Shown: positions 1-10,439 of the stretch, one piece after another
How the letters are laid out: every line of letters begins with the position of its first letter
Position numbering within the stretch: the first letter of the stretch is position 1
NCBI GenBank assembly: GCA_002269645.1
Contig: NIVC01002322.1
Span: 62,001 to 126,000, forward strand
Direction: 5' to 3'
From: Macrostomum lignano
Lineage: Eukaryota
Length of the DNA: 64,000 nt
Notes under the pieces: model-generated
Database searches by the model: none
What the model was told of the DNA's origin: nothing
Seen by the model: only the letters and a program-made list of their open reading frames with translations
Program-made: the position numbers and the translations under genes

Positions 1-1454
1 ACCTGGCGTAGGCCAGGGAAGCCGGCAGGCCGAAGCCGAATCCGTGCATAGAGCTGGACGACGAGCGCGACTCGGAGACTCGGTCAAAGAATGACTCGTG
101 CTGCTCACTGGCCTCGGCAGTAGAGAAGTTGTAGTCGAAAATTTTATCGGCAATTTCGTGAGGCACTCCACCGCCTTGATCGCTGATTCTGCAAATTATA
201 ATAGGCGTGTGGAATTTCATGATAATAGAATCTGTTCATATCTTCATAAAAACGTCTTTTCTATACGTATCGGCTTTCTAAATTAATGAGTTTGGTTTGC
301 TTTATCAGTTCCGATGTAATTTATGTGTTTATTCATAGCAGAATTAGTTTTTTTCTTTTTTAGTAGAGCTATACTTCAGGGCAATTTTAACGACAGATTT
401 GTAGCAAAATATAACTGCATAGAAAATTATAACAAAAAACGCAGTCTGCGCTACTTTGAAATTCAAGTAGCATGGTGAGAAAGTTCCATTAAAATTTTTC
501 TTTTTCCTACCTAATAACAAAGTCGACATCGTTGTTAGCGACCGTGACTCGAACCTCGGGCACCGGGCCAGGGCGACCCCGATGGAACTCCACAGTGGCT
601 CTGAATGCGTTCTTCAGCAGCTCGGTGAGGACGTACTCAATCGGCTGCGGGATGTAGGAGAAAGCCGCTTTACTGCCGTTGCCGTCAACTCGAATTGTCG
701 GCGACTGGCCATATTTCATGTCGCACATTCGGGTAACGAGGGCGGCGCGACTCTCAACGAGGTCACCGGGGCAGAATTTGGTGCCGACGATGCCGACAAA
801 GTCTGGCTTCTCCTGCCGCAGAGCCAGATGGTGTTCGCACAGCAGCCGGATGCCCAGCCGGGAGGTCAGGGTCCTGTCTAGGAAGGTTCTCACTAGGCCG
901 GAGTCGCGGACGTGCCGGCCGCACTCGCGGAATCCTTCGGCCAGCATGGTCACAACGTCCTTGTGCTCGTCGAGCAGTTGGCGCAGCAGGCCAGAGTACT
1001 GGATCTCGTCCTCGGGCTCAGTCAGAGTCGGCGTATTCGACAGAATGTGGAAGGCCCGCAGGTAGAGCTCGTGCACCGCTAGCAGGGTTGGATGGCAGCC
1101 AACAACAAATGGCAGGGCTCGAAAATCGGCCACTCGATGGGCGATGCGGACTGGCAGTTCGCGCTGCAGATACTGAGCGGAGCGGAGCACCTGGTGGCTG
1201 TCTGCGGCTCGGCCTGAGTACAGCAGCGAGGCCGGGGTGAGGAGTACAGAATTCTTAGCAGCAGCCGCGTCCACAGCGGCCTGGTTGTAGTAGTGCGAGC
1301 AGGCCATCGACGGCGAGGGTGCCGGAGACACGATGGTACAGGCGGCAGTCGTCGTGGCAGAAGACGCTGCATTGTTGAAGCGAATCTGACCAGCTCTGGA
1401 AGGCGTCACTCGAGACAGAGCCCGGTAGGATACTAGCTTGGAGGCTCGACTCAT
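1..1454 (-). CDS. BCKDK: Branched-chain alpha-ketoacid dehydrogenase kinase (mitochondrial PDK/BCKDK family); exons 1454-511 and 188-<1, runs off the window
   Basis: Exon 1 encodes [44 protein letters not shown] and the GHKL N-box [15 protein letters not shown] intron (510-189) joins in frame to [24 protein letters not shown]...[15 protein letters not shown] (G1 and G2 boxes). The N-terminus is Arg/Ser-rich, like a transit peptide. Confidence 0.93.
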
Positions 1455-2664
1455 TGCTATAAAATTTCGTTGATCCTTGTTTTACGCGATAGAACTCTCA
1501 AGGTATACTATTTAGGTAGGCGATCTCGTTTAACAGTTGATTTTTTGTCTTCTGAACTCTGAAGCCGCAGATTCAGAGCCCATTTTATGCATTGTGGAAA
1601 TGGCTGAGCACGAGGCTTGGGAGTGATGCTATGGCCCAAGTCTCACTTCTGTAGAGAATGCTCCCCATGCTTGAAAATACTTCTATTTTTAGACTGAGGC
1701 GAGTAAAGCCTTCGCGTGGACACCCCCTATCGACCCCACCCCCGACCTTGAAGGGGACTGGGGCTGACTGTACATGGCGCGGATGAGTGTACATTGATGT
1801 GCCCGGTCTTCCTTACTATACAGTATACCCCCACTAAAAAAGTCTCTCCGTCACGCCCCTTTCGCGTGCGTGGAAGGACCGAACCGTTTAGTCTTTGAGG
1901 AGAGTTGGGGGGAGTGACGTGAGGGCGAGGTCATCCCTCTTTCTTTAAGTGAATTGTTGGGTGATAAATGTGTAATGTCTATTTCTACTAAATTACTTCA
2001 GCGAGTTCTATAGCACTGTAGCAGTTCAATCGAGGCGATTATTCTGTTAGTGTCTCATGCTGAAGTTAATGTTAGGATTATTTGTGAGAGAATTAATTTA
2101 AATCTACAGCTAAATTCAAATGATTTGTTAACTGCTACAATTGAAAAATATCGAATGCACTACTTAACAATCGCTTTCTAGGTAGTATAGCTAGCAAGTA
2201 GAAGTCAGTGAATGAAAAATAAAAATCGTTGCGCGGTGCCAGCGCGTTCTCAGGGCGTTATCAGGAGAGTTCTGAGAATGAAAGTCACGATCTGACTACA
2301 TGCAGAGAGGAGCAACCCTTCTTTCACTCGTACATTGTTAGAAAGTTACGGGTTAGACTAAATGATCACTGAACTGCAAAAAATGCAAAACATTACCTTT
2401 CTCTTTCGCGGCCAGTTCCAACGTGCCAGTTACTGGGCTTAGCACGATAAACCCAGCTAAGAAAAATGTAATTACGCAAACTGGCTTGAGCGTATACTGA
2501 GTAAGCTGTCTCTATTGGATTATACAGGTATATTGGGTATATTAAAAATATATGGATCTATTTTCAAATTTAAGAGCCGTTCGTGTTAAGTGATGTTATT
2601 TTGATTTTTTACAATGCTCACTTATTTATTCCTAAATTATTCACTCACTAAGGAAATGCGAATT

Positions 2665-2915
2665 AGCGCCTCCTGACACACACGGATTAGTGCCCCTGAC
2701 ACACGGATTAGCGCCCCTGACACACACGGATTAGCGCCCCTGACACACATGGATTAGCGCCCCCTGACAAACACGGATTAGCGCCCCTGACACACACGGA
2801 TTAGCGCCCCCTGACACACAAGGATTAGCGCCCCTGACACACACGGATTAGCGCCCCCTGACACACACGGATTAGCGCCCCTGACACACACGGATTAGCG
2901 CCCCCTGACACACGA
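2665..2915. repeat. Minisatellite, ~23-bp unit (ggattagcgcccctgacacacac)
   Basis: About 10 near-identical tandem copies are visible. Confidence 0.9.
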
Positions 2916-3339
2916 CAACACAGGATTTGAGGCGCCTCAGAACTAAACCTGCCCCCACATTCGCAGTGACTTTCGTGCCCCATACCACCCAGTTTAGCAA
3001 GGTGCGCGGTCTGCCACCTGGTGAACCCGCAAACTCATGAGTAACCTGAGACGCTCAGCTATTGCGTGAGATCTGAAATAATTAGCATTTGAGCTAGGCT
3101 CTTTGAGTTTCTTACGCAGCATGTTGTTTGTTCAGTTTGGGGGGGGGCGGTTGTACACCTGGTTTGTTGTTTGATAGGGTGAATAATTATGTTATTAACT
3201 TTGATTGCCTGTACAGCAGCTTGCACAGAAAGGACAGAAGCAGCACACCGACAGCTGCTGCATATACGAGTAAACTTACAAATGACCTGATTTGCATATA
3301 CTTGGAGCACTTTTGCCTGCTTAGAAATCAATTGATCAA

Positions 3340-3750
3340 CCAAACTGATGCTTTGAAATCAATTTATCAATCAGACTGATGCTTTGAAATCAATTGATCA
3401 ATCAGACTGATGCTTTGAAATCAATTGATCAATCAGACTGATGCTTTGAAATCAACTGATCAATCAGACTGATGCTTTGAAATCAACTGATCAATCAGAC
3501 TGATGCTTTGAAATCAATTGATCAATCAGACTGATGCTTTGAAATCAATTGATCAATCAGACTGATGCCTTGAAATCAATTGATCAATCAGACTGATGCT
3601 TTGAAATCAATTGATCAATCAGACTGATGCTTTGAAATCAATTGATCAATCAGACTGATGCTTTGAAATCAACTGATCAATCAGACTGATGCTTTGAAAT
3701 CAATTGATCAATCAGACTGATGCTTTGAAATCAATTGATCAATCAGACAG
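3340..3750. repeat. Minisatellite, 31-bp unit (gactgatgctttgaaatcaattgatcaatca)
   Basis: About 13 tandem copies; period 31 (3374 to 3405). Confidence 0.92.
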
Positions 3751-4349
3751 GTGCTTTAGTATCAACCGATAAATTTACTCAAATCAACTGATCATCAATA
3801 GAGCAAAAGGAGTTTTATCAACCCCAATCAATGCGTTGATCAGTGAACTACCGATGCTCTCACGATTGCTCTCAACAGTGACCCTATAATTGATGCATGT
3901 AAATGTCTTACTTTAATCGAAATATTTAAAAGTGGCCGCCCAAATTCAATATTAGTGGCAATTTCACGCAAGCGCATGGCAGTGGTATACTCGTATATAA
4001 AACTGCATGTACATGTCATGTACTGTGCATTTCTCAATTTGCATTCCTGAAACCTCAACAAAAATAGTGGACTCTCTGCCCCTCTCAAATTCTGTCTCTT
4101 GCTTGAATTTCAAATACATGTAGACCTACCCTAAGTAAAAATGGTCTGTCTAAATACTCGACCATGCCAGAAAAGTAGAAAAAAACTCGAATTCGAAGAT
4201 AAGAATTGCAGATCCACTTATCTCCATGCCGATTTTTAGCGGGCAAAGCTTTCTGCTTCTGCGGCTTCGACTGCAAATTGTCAAGTTAGAGAGGCCAAAA
4301 ATGCGCTTGTGAATGGCGGGACCGCCCAGGTAGACTTAGTAACGCCCTA

Positions 4350-4910
4350 ACAGTCTAACAGGTAGCGTTCCTGTCTAACAGGCTACGTAGTCCTGTCTAA
4401 CAGGTTACGTAGCCCTGTCTAACAGGTTACATAGTCCTGTCTAACAGGTTACGTAGTCCTGTCTAACAGGTTACATAGTCCTGTCTAACAGGTTACATAG
4501 TCCTGTCTAACAGGTTACATAGTCCTGTCTAACAGGTTACATAGTCCTGTCTAACAGGTTACGTAGTCCTGTCTAACAGGTTACATAGTCCTGTCTAACA
4601 GGTTACGTAGTCCTGTCTAACAGGTTACATAGTCCTGTCTAACAGGTTACGTAGTCCTGTCTAACAGGTGACACAGTCCTGTCTAACAGGTGACACAATC
4701 CTGTCTAACAGGTGACACAATCCTGTCTAACAGATGACACAATCCTGTCTAACAGGTGACACAATCCTCTTTAACAGGTGACACAATCCTGTCTAACTGA
4801 TGACACAATCCTGTCTAACAGGTGACACAATCCTCTTTAACAGGTGACACAATCTTGTCTAACAGGTGACACAATACTCTTTAACAGGTGACACAATCCT
4901 GTCTAACATC
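4350..4910. repeat. Minisatellite, 22-bp unit (cctgtctaacaggttacatagt, shifting to ...ggtgacacaat)
   Basis: Period 22 (4370 to 4392). The variant changes about halfway through the array. Confidence 0.92.
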
Positions 4911-5424
4911 TGCGGTCTCAGTCACACAGATATTTGTGAGTTGTCACAATCAAATACATCAAGTGAAATGAGTAAAGGCAAGGGACACATGTCAAGTTCT
5001 GATGAACTTCTGCAACATAACAGTTCAAAGTGTATTGAAGGTGTTCAAAGCACCAAAGCGAACTACAACTAGAGCTTGTTAAAAATTGTAAAACTTGTCA
5101 GAAAATGACAAAAATCAAACTTCAGCGGCTACAGCATGTAGAAATATTTCGCTAAAGACTTATTCAGAACAAATTACAGATTGTTTTGTTGAACGCCGTT
5201 TGTTTACGCGAATTGGTTGAAATAAAATTAGACAGATCAAGTTAAAGACAAAGCTAGAAAAAAGTTCTATTGCCGAACAATGACGCCTTAGTGTAAAGAA
5301 AAACACTGACTTAGCATAAATTAATTCGATTAAGTTACGTTTTAGAACCCAAGTAGCTCAGAAGATGTTTATTGTGGCACACTGCATTGCACAAACAATA
5401 TGCTAATATTAAGAAAGTTAGTGG

Positions 5425-6085
5425 AAAAGAGAGATAAAGACGGAGAGTTGAGAGTGGAGAGAGATGCAGAGTGGAGAGGTGAGAATGGATAGAGATGCAG
5501 AGTGGAGAGGTGAGAGTGGAGAGAGATGCAGAGTGGAGAGGTGAGAGTGTAGAGAGATGCAGAGTGGAGAGGTGAGAGTGTAGAGAGATGCAGAGTGGAG
5601 AGGTGAGAGTGGAGAGAGATGCAGAGTGGAGAGTTGAGAGTGGATAGAGATGCAGAGTGGAGAGGTGAGAGTGGATAGAGATGCAGAGTGGAGAGGTGAG
5701 AGTGTAGAGAGATGCAGAATGGAGAGGTGAGAGTGTAGAGAGATGCAGAGTGGAGAGGTGAGAGTGGATAGAGATGCAGAGTGGAGAGGTGAGAGTGGAT
5801 AGAGATGCAGAGTGGAGAGGTGAGAGTGTAGAGAGATGCAGAGTGGAGAGGTGAGAGTGTAGAGAGATGCAGAGTGGAGAGGTGAGAGTGTAGAGAGATG
5901 CAGAGTGGAGAGGTGAGAGTGGATAGAGATGCAGAGTGGAGAGGTGAGAGTGTAGAGAGATGCAGAGTGGAGAGGTGAGAGTGTAGAGAGATGCAGAGTG
6001 GAGAGGTGGATAGAGATGCAGAGTGAAGGTGTGAGAGTGGAGAGAGATGCAGAGTGAAGGTGCGAGAGTGGAGAGAGATGCATGG
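5425..6085. repeat. Purine-rich minisatellite, 31-bp unit (agagatgcagagtggagaggtgagagtgtag)
   Basis: Tandem copies; explains the spurious S/L/H/P-rich ORFs 5335-6232. Confidence 0.92.
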
Positions 6086-6336
6086 AGAGCAGAGTAAATT
6101 ACCCAAAAGAGTGCCGGAGATAGCTCGCAAGATCGGGAAAAAGCCATAATTTTCGTACGGAAACACAGAATACGGTAAGCATTGATAAAACAGAAATGTA
6201 AAATATTGCGCACCAACAGGTAAGAGAAGCAATTATATGAGCAATTCGTTATTTTATAAAAAATATATAATCAATAAATTTAAACAAAAATATATTCGGC
6301 CGCGCGAATTCAAACAAATTATTGGGTCTGCGAAAA

Positions 6337-8405
6337 TCAGTAGGGGATGCCGCCTGTGCCGCCGCTCTCGCCTAGCAGGGTGCGGCGGTTGTCCATCAGC
6401 GTTGGCTGGGCGCTGATGCTGGACAGCAGTGACCGCGGCACTTTGTCGTAGTACAGGTGCAGAATGTCCCGGTCTGCCGGGCAGCTGGTGCGAAAGGCGT
6501 CGCAGGCGGTGTACATGCCAACCAGATAGTCCTGAAGGTGGCGAAGCTCCTCCGGGATGGTGAAGCCTCGATAGAACTGGGAACGAGGCGGTGAGGGTTA
6601 TTTCATTCACGAGGTGGACAATTGAAGTAGAAGAAGCCTTTCCTGGAAACTGTAATTGAACCTACATTCTACTTCCGCCCTACCCTATACTTCGACCCTC
6701 GACTTCCGCTCTACCCAACACTCGACTTCCGCCCTACCCTATACTTCGACCCTCGACTTCCGCTCTACCCAACACTCGACTTCCGCCCTACCCTGCACTC
6801 GACTTCCGCCCTACCCTGCACTCGACTTCCGCCCTACCCTGCACTCGACTTCCGCCCTACCCTGCACTCGACTTCCGCTCTACCCAACACTCGACTTCCG
6901 CCCTACCCTATACTTCGACCCTCGACTTCCGCTCTACCCAACACTCGACTTCCGCCCTACCCTGCACTCGACTTCCGCCCTACCCTGCACTCGACTTCCG
7001 CCCTACCCTGCACTCGACTTCCGCCTTACCCTGCACTCGACTTCCGCCCTACCCTGCACTCGACTTCCGCCCTACCCTGCACTCGACTTCCGCCCTGCCC
7101 TGCACTCGACTTCCGACCTACCCTAGACAGTCCTACACTCGACCTCCGTCCCACCCTAGACACTTCGGCGGCCAATGTGACAAAAGGCCCAACCCCAAGC
7201 CCCGAAGTGTCTAGGGTGGGACGGAGGTCGAGTGTAGGACTGTCTAGGGTAGGGCGGAAGTCGAGTGTAGGGTAGGGCAAAAGTCGTGCAAGGTAGGGTG
7301 CAGGTCGAGTTCAGTTCCAGTTTTCTAGGAGAGGCTGGTCCGACCTCTCGGATCAGATTTACCTCTCCGGCCAGTCTGACGTGATGCAGCTTAGGCATGA
7401 GCTGGCAGTCGGCATAGGTAAGCTCATCTGACAGCAGATAACGGCACGGCCGCAGCCCCAGGAAGTTGTCGATCTTGCGCAGCGAGTTGATCAACGGCGC
7501 CCGGTTGTCGGTTTTGAGCATGAGGCTGAAGTTTTTGTACAGATCGCAGATGGCCTTCTCGGCGTTGGCTTCGTCTCGCGAGTCTTTCGGCAGGGCCAAG
7601 TTGGGACAGCGGAAAGCGTCCATCAGCTGCTCGATCTCGTCGTTTGTGTCGGCAGGGTCGGGAGCGTCGGCGGCGTTACTCGTCTTGAGCCTGGGATCGG
7701 GGCCTTTTGTCACATTGGCCACTGGTAGGCGGCGGCTGACATTCAAGGCCAGGTAAGAATCAGGTGGCACATCCGGGTTTACGGTGGTCAAGTAAAGCTC
7801 AGTGAGTTTCTTCTCGGCCAGGATGTAGAATGCCAGAATCCATTGCTGGCTGATTGGGCAGGGGCCTTTCTCTTCGCGAGCGATCTGCGAGGCCTGCAGA
7901 GAAAAATTGTATTTTCATTTTTTATCACTTGTGATTTGCATTCGGCATTTTTTAAATTCAGCCATGCAAATTACACATAAATTTAAAATATCCTTAATCA
8001 TTCAACAATAAATTATTCTATGATAAAGGCAGTATCGAAAATAGATCTTCAACAATGTTTTACAATTAAAACTCAATACATGATATATTGCTTAAAAAAC
8101 TATAGATACAAATAGCTAAAATGATATTTGCAATACAAAAAATGCATTTAAATCCAAGTTAATTATGGATTTAATTTTGATATGGATAGCAGATGGGTAT
8201 GAGTTAAAAAATGTTGTTAAACTGTCATTTTATTCATTCCTAAAAATGAAGCAAGTAGAGTAAAGCATGTTTACGAGCTAATGCACCTTTTTATTAACAA
8301 AGAGAGTGAGTACAGTTTGCTTACCTTAATAAACAGTTCTATTGAAGGGATGCTCTCGGTACCATTAGCAACTGGTGTTTGTTCGACTTCAGAAGTAGAT
8401 GCCAT
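6337..8405 (-). CDS. CLIC: Chloride intracellular channel (CLIC/EXC-4 family, GST-omega fold), 3 exons: 8405-8325, 7893-7363, 6576-6337; 283 aa
   Basis: The spliced product reads MASTSEVEQ...IELFIK|ASQIAREEKGPCPISQQWILAFYILAEKK...LRKIDNFLGLRPCRYLLSDELTYADCQLMPKLHHVRLAGE|FYRGFTIPEELRHLQDYLVGMYTACDAFRTSCPADRDILHLY. All junctions are GT-AG and phase 0. Motifs match invertebrate CLICs (IELxIKA, DCxLMPxLxHxRxAG, AFxxSCPADxDI). Confidence 0.92.
6655..7310. repeat. 23-bp minisatellite (cactcgacttccgccctaccctg) ending in an inverted (fold-back) copy
   Basis: Direct copies span 6655-7130. About 7092-7168 is an inverted repeat of about 7202-7278. The array lies in CLIC intron 2. Confidence 0.9.
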
Positions 8406-9398
8406 AATTTTCAATGTATGCGAATCTAATGCTAGAAATATGTAGGCGTGATTTATAATAAGGACAATGCACAGTTCGTGATATATGTGAATGGCTAAAA
8501 CCCTAGATGCATTATTTACGAAAAGCTACCAACGTAACGCCTACTGTCTCAGTAACGAAAAAATCGTCCTCAGATATTTAGCTTATTCAGCTTTTATAAA
8601 ATGAGCGAGCGCGATAACACAAACGTTTACATTAGTGCTCAAAATAAAACAATTTAGCTCTTAAGGGTCAAAACTGCAAAAGCATATTTATTGTAATATT
8701 TTAGTTTACTTACATGCAACACTATATTTTGATCATTAACTCTTTAAAATTCTTATAATTACCTTGAATATCACGAGATATAATAAAATACCGGAATTAG
8801 TAGAGTCGTCCTTGGTCTACGCAAGGATCTATAGAATTAAAATGGTTTCGTATAATGCAGCACAGGGGCTTTCAGAATACTCCATTTATTTACTATTCTA
8901 GCTTCTGATATTATCTTTTTCGAAGACTGACGAATCTTGAAAAATTCTGCATGAAAGTGCATAAAATCGGTAACCGCGATATAAAACTAGATTAAGTTAA
9001 TAAAAAGTCAAGCTAAACGATTACAGCAGCCCGATGAATTGTCCATTCTTCTGTGATATAACTTGTATTCTCTTATGTTTCTTTGTTTTTTGTAAAACTT
9101 TTGTTGTTAGCTTTAGATTAATATAATTATTTTATCTTATTGATTTTAATAATATTCTTTTATTAAATTTTAAAACTTAAAAAGGAAAATTTTTAGCGCC
9201 TAGCTATAGCTCAAGCTTGTTGAAATTGAATAATGAGTGAATCGAAGCAGAATAATCAAACAATTGGAAAATGAAAATATAAATATTATACAATTTTGCG
9301 AGGGTAAATCAAAAACATATATGATTCTGTAATGGTTATAAGATGGAGCATGAAAAATCTGTCCACATTTAGCACTAAAAGGACGTACTTCAACTTAC

Positions 9399-9939
9399 CA
9401 TCACCAATAATGCCAGTTGTCTGTCGAGGTGAAATTTCAGCTCTGACTGTATTTTCGTTGAATATTTCTGGCTCGGGGAAGCAAATATTTGATTTGGACT
9501 TCTTTATTTTATCAGGTTGTTTTGCACTAACAAAGGAACAAGCTGGGCTACGATCCTCTGATTCCGTGAAGACTGAGAACTCTATTTCTCGAAGCGATTT
9601 CTTACTTCTACGGCGCATGGTGGATGAAGTCGTAAAGATTGACGGCACAGCATTCGGATACAGCCTCTTTCTGGTACTTGGCTGAAAGCCTTCCATCTGC
9701 TCTTTAAAGCAATCCAGCTCGAAATGCTCAGAGCATAGTTTGGAGGAAGCGGATGGCTTGAAGTCTTTCCTGTTCAGCGCTGCCAACCATTTGGTTTTCG
9801 TGTCCTCGTCTTTGGGGAAAGCGTGAAACGATACGCTAAGGCCGCGTGTATTCTTTGAGGAATTTCTGCATCCCGGGGCGCAGCAGAACTGGCCTTCGAT
9901 TCGCCTCTTCTGTAATCTGCTGTTACAGTCGGATTCCAT
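9399..9939 (-). CDS. THAP (C2CH zinc finger) domain protein, first exon
   Basis: FCCAPGCRNS...SFHAFPKDEDTKTKWLAALNRKDFKPSASSKLCSEHFE...RLYPNAVPSIF contains the C2CH ligands plus the conserved P, W, F and AVPS box. There is a GTAAGT donor at 9398. The downstream exon is uncertain. Confidence 0.82.
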
Positions 9940-10439
9940 TTTTTGCTTGTTTACTTCCTTCGTAGTTAGTTCACTTGCGAAAATGATTTACTAGATCGAG
10001 CGCTTCCTCTCCTTGCACTGAAGCTAGGGGTTTTAAGGGCCTTGAAGCCAGTGCAGTGGCGTAGAGTGTGACATGGGGAGTGAGAAACGCCTGGCATAAA
10101 GCGCGCAAAGCACTCACAAGTTATCGATTGGTTGTGGCTGGTGGCCATATGAGGGGGGGGGGGGCAGAAATGGGGAACACTGGGGATGGCGGAGCACAGA
10201 CAGACCACGGATTGTATCTATAGCTAGACTGGATATGATCCCCTCGGCGTGTTTTTTGACAAAAATTCTGTGGAAAAAACTGGTCCCAGCTTGGTACCAC
10301 CAAAAAATCGATAGTTGTGTGAAGGTGAAGGGGAACAGGATAGTGGGTACAGAGTATTTAATGGTCATTCTGGTTCTACTACTCCACCTTTTATACGCGT
10401 TAAATAAGCCATTCTCTCAGTGTTACCTCGTAAACAACA

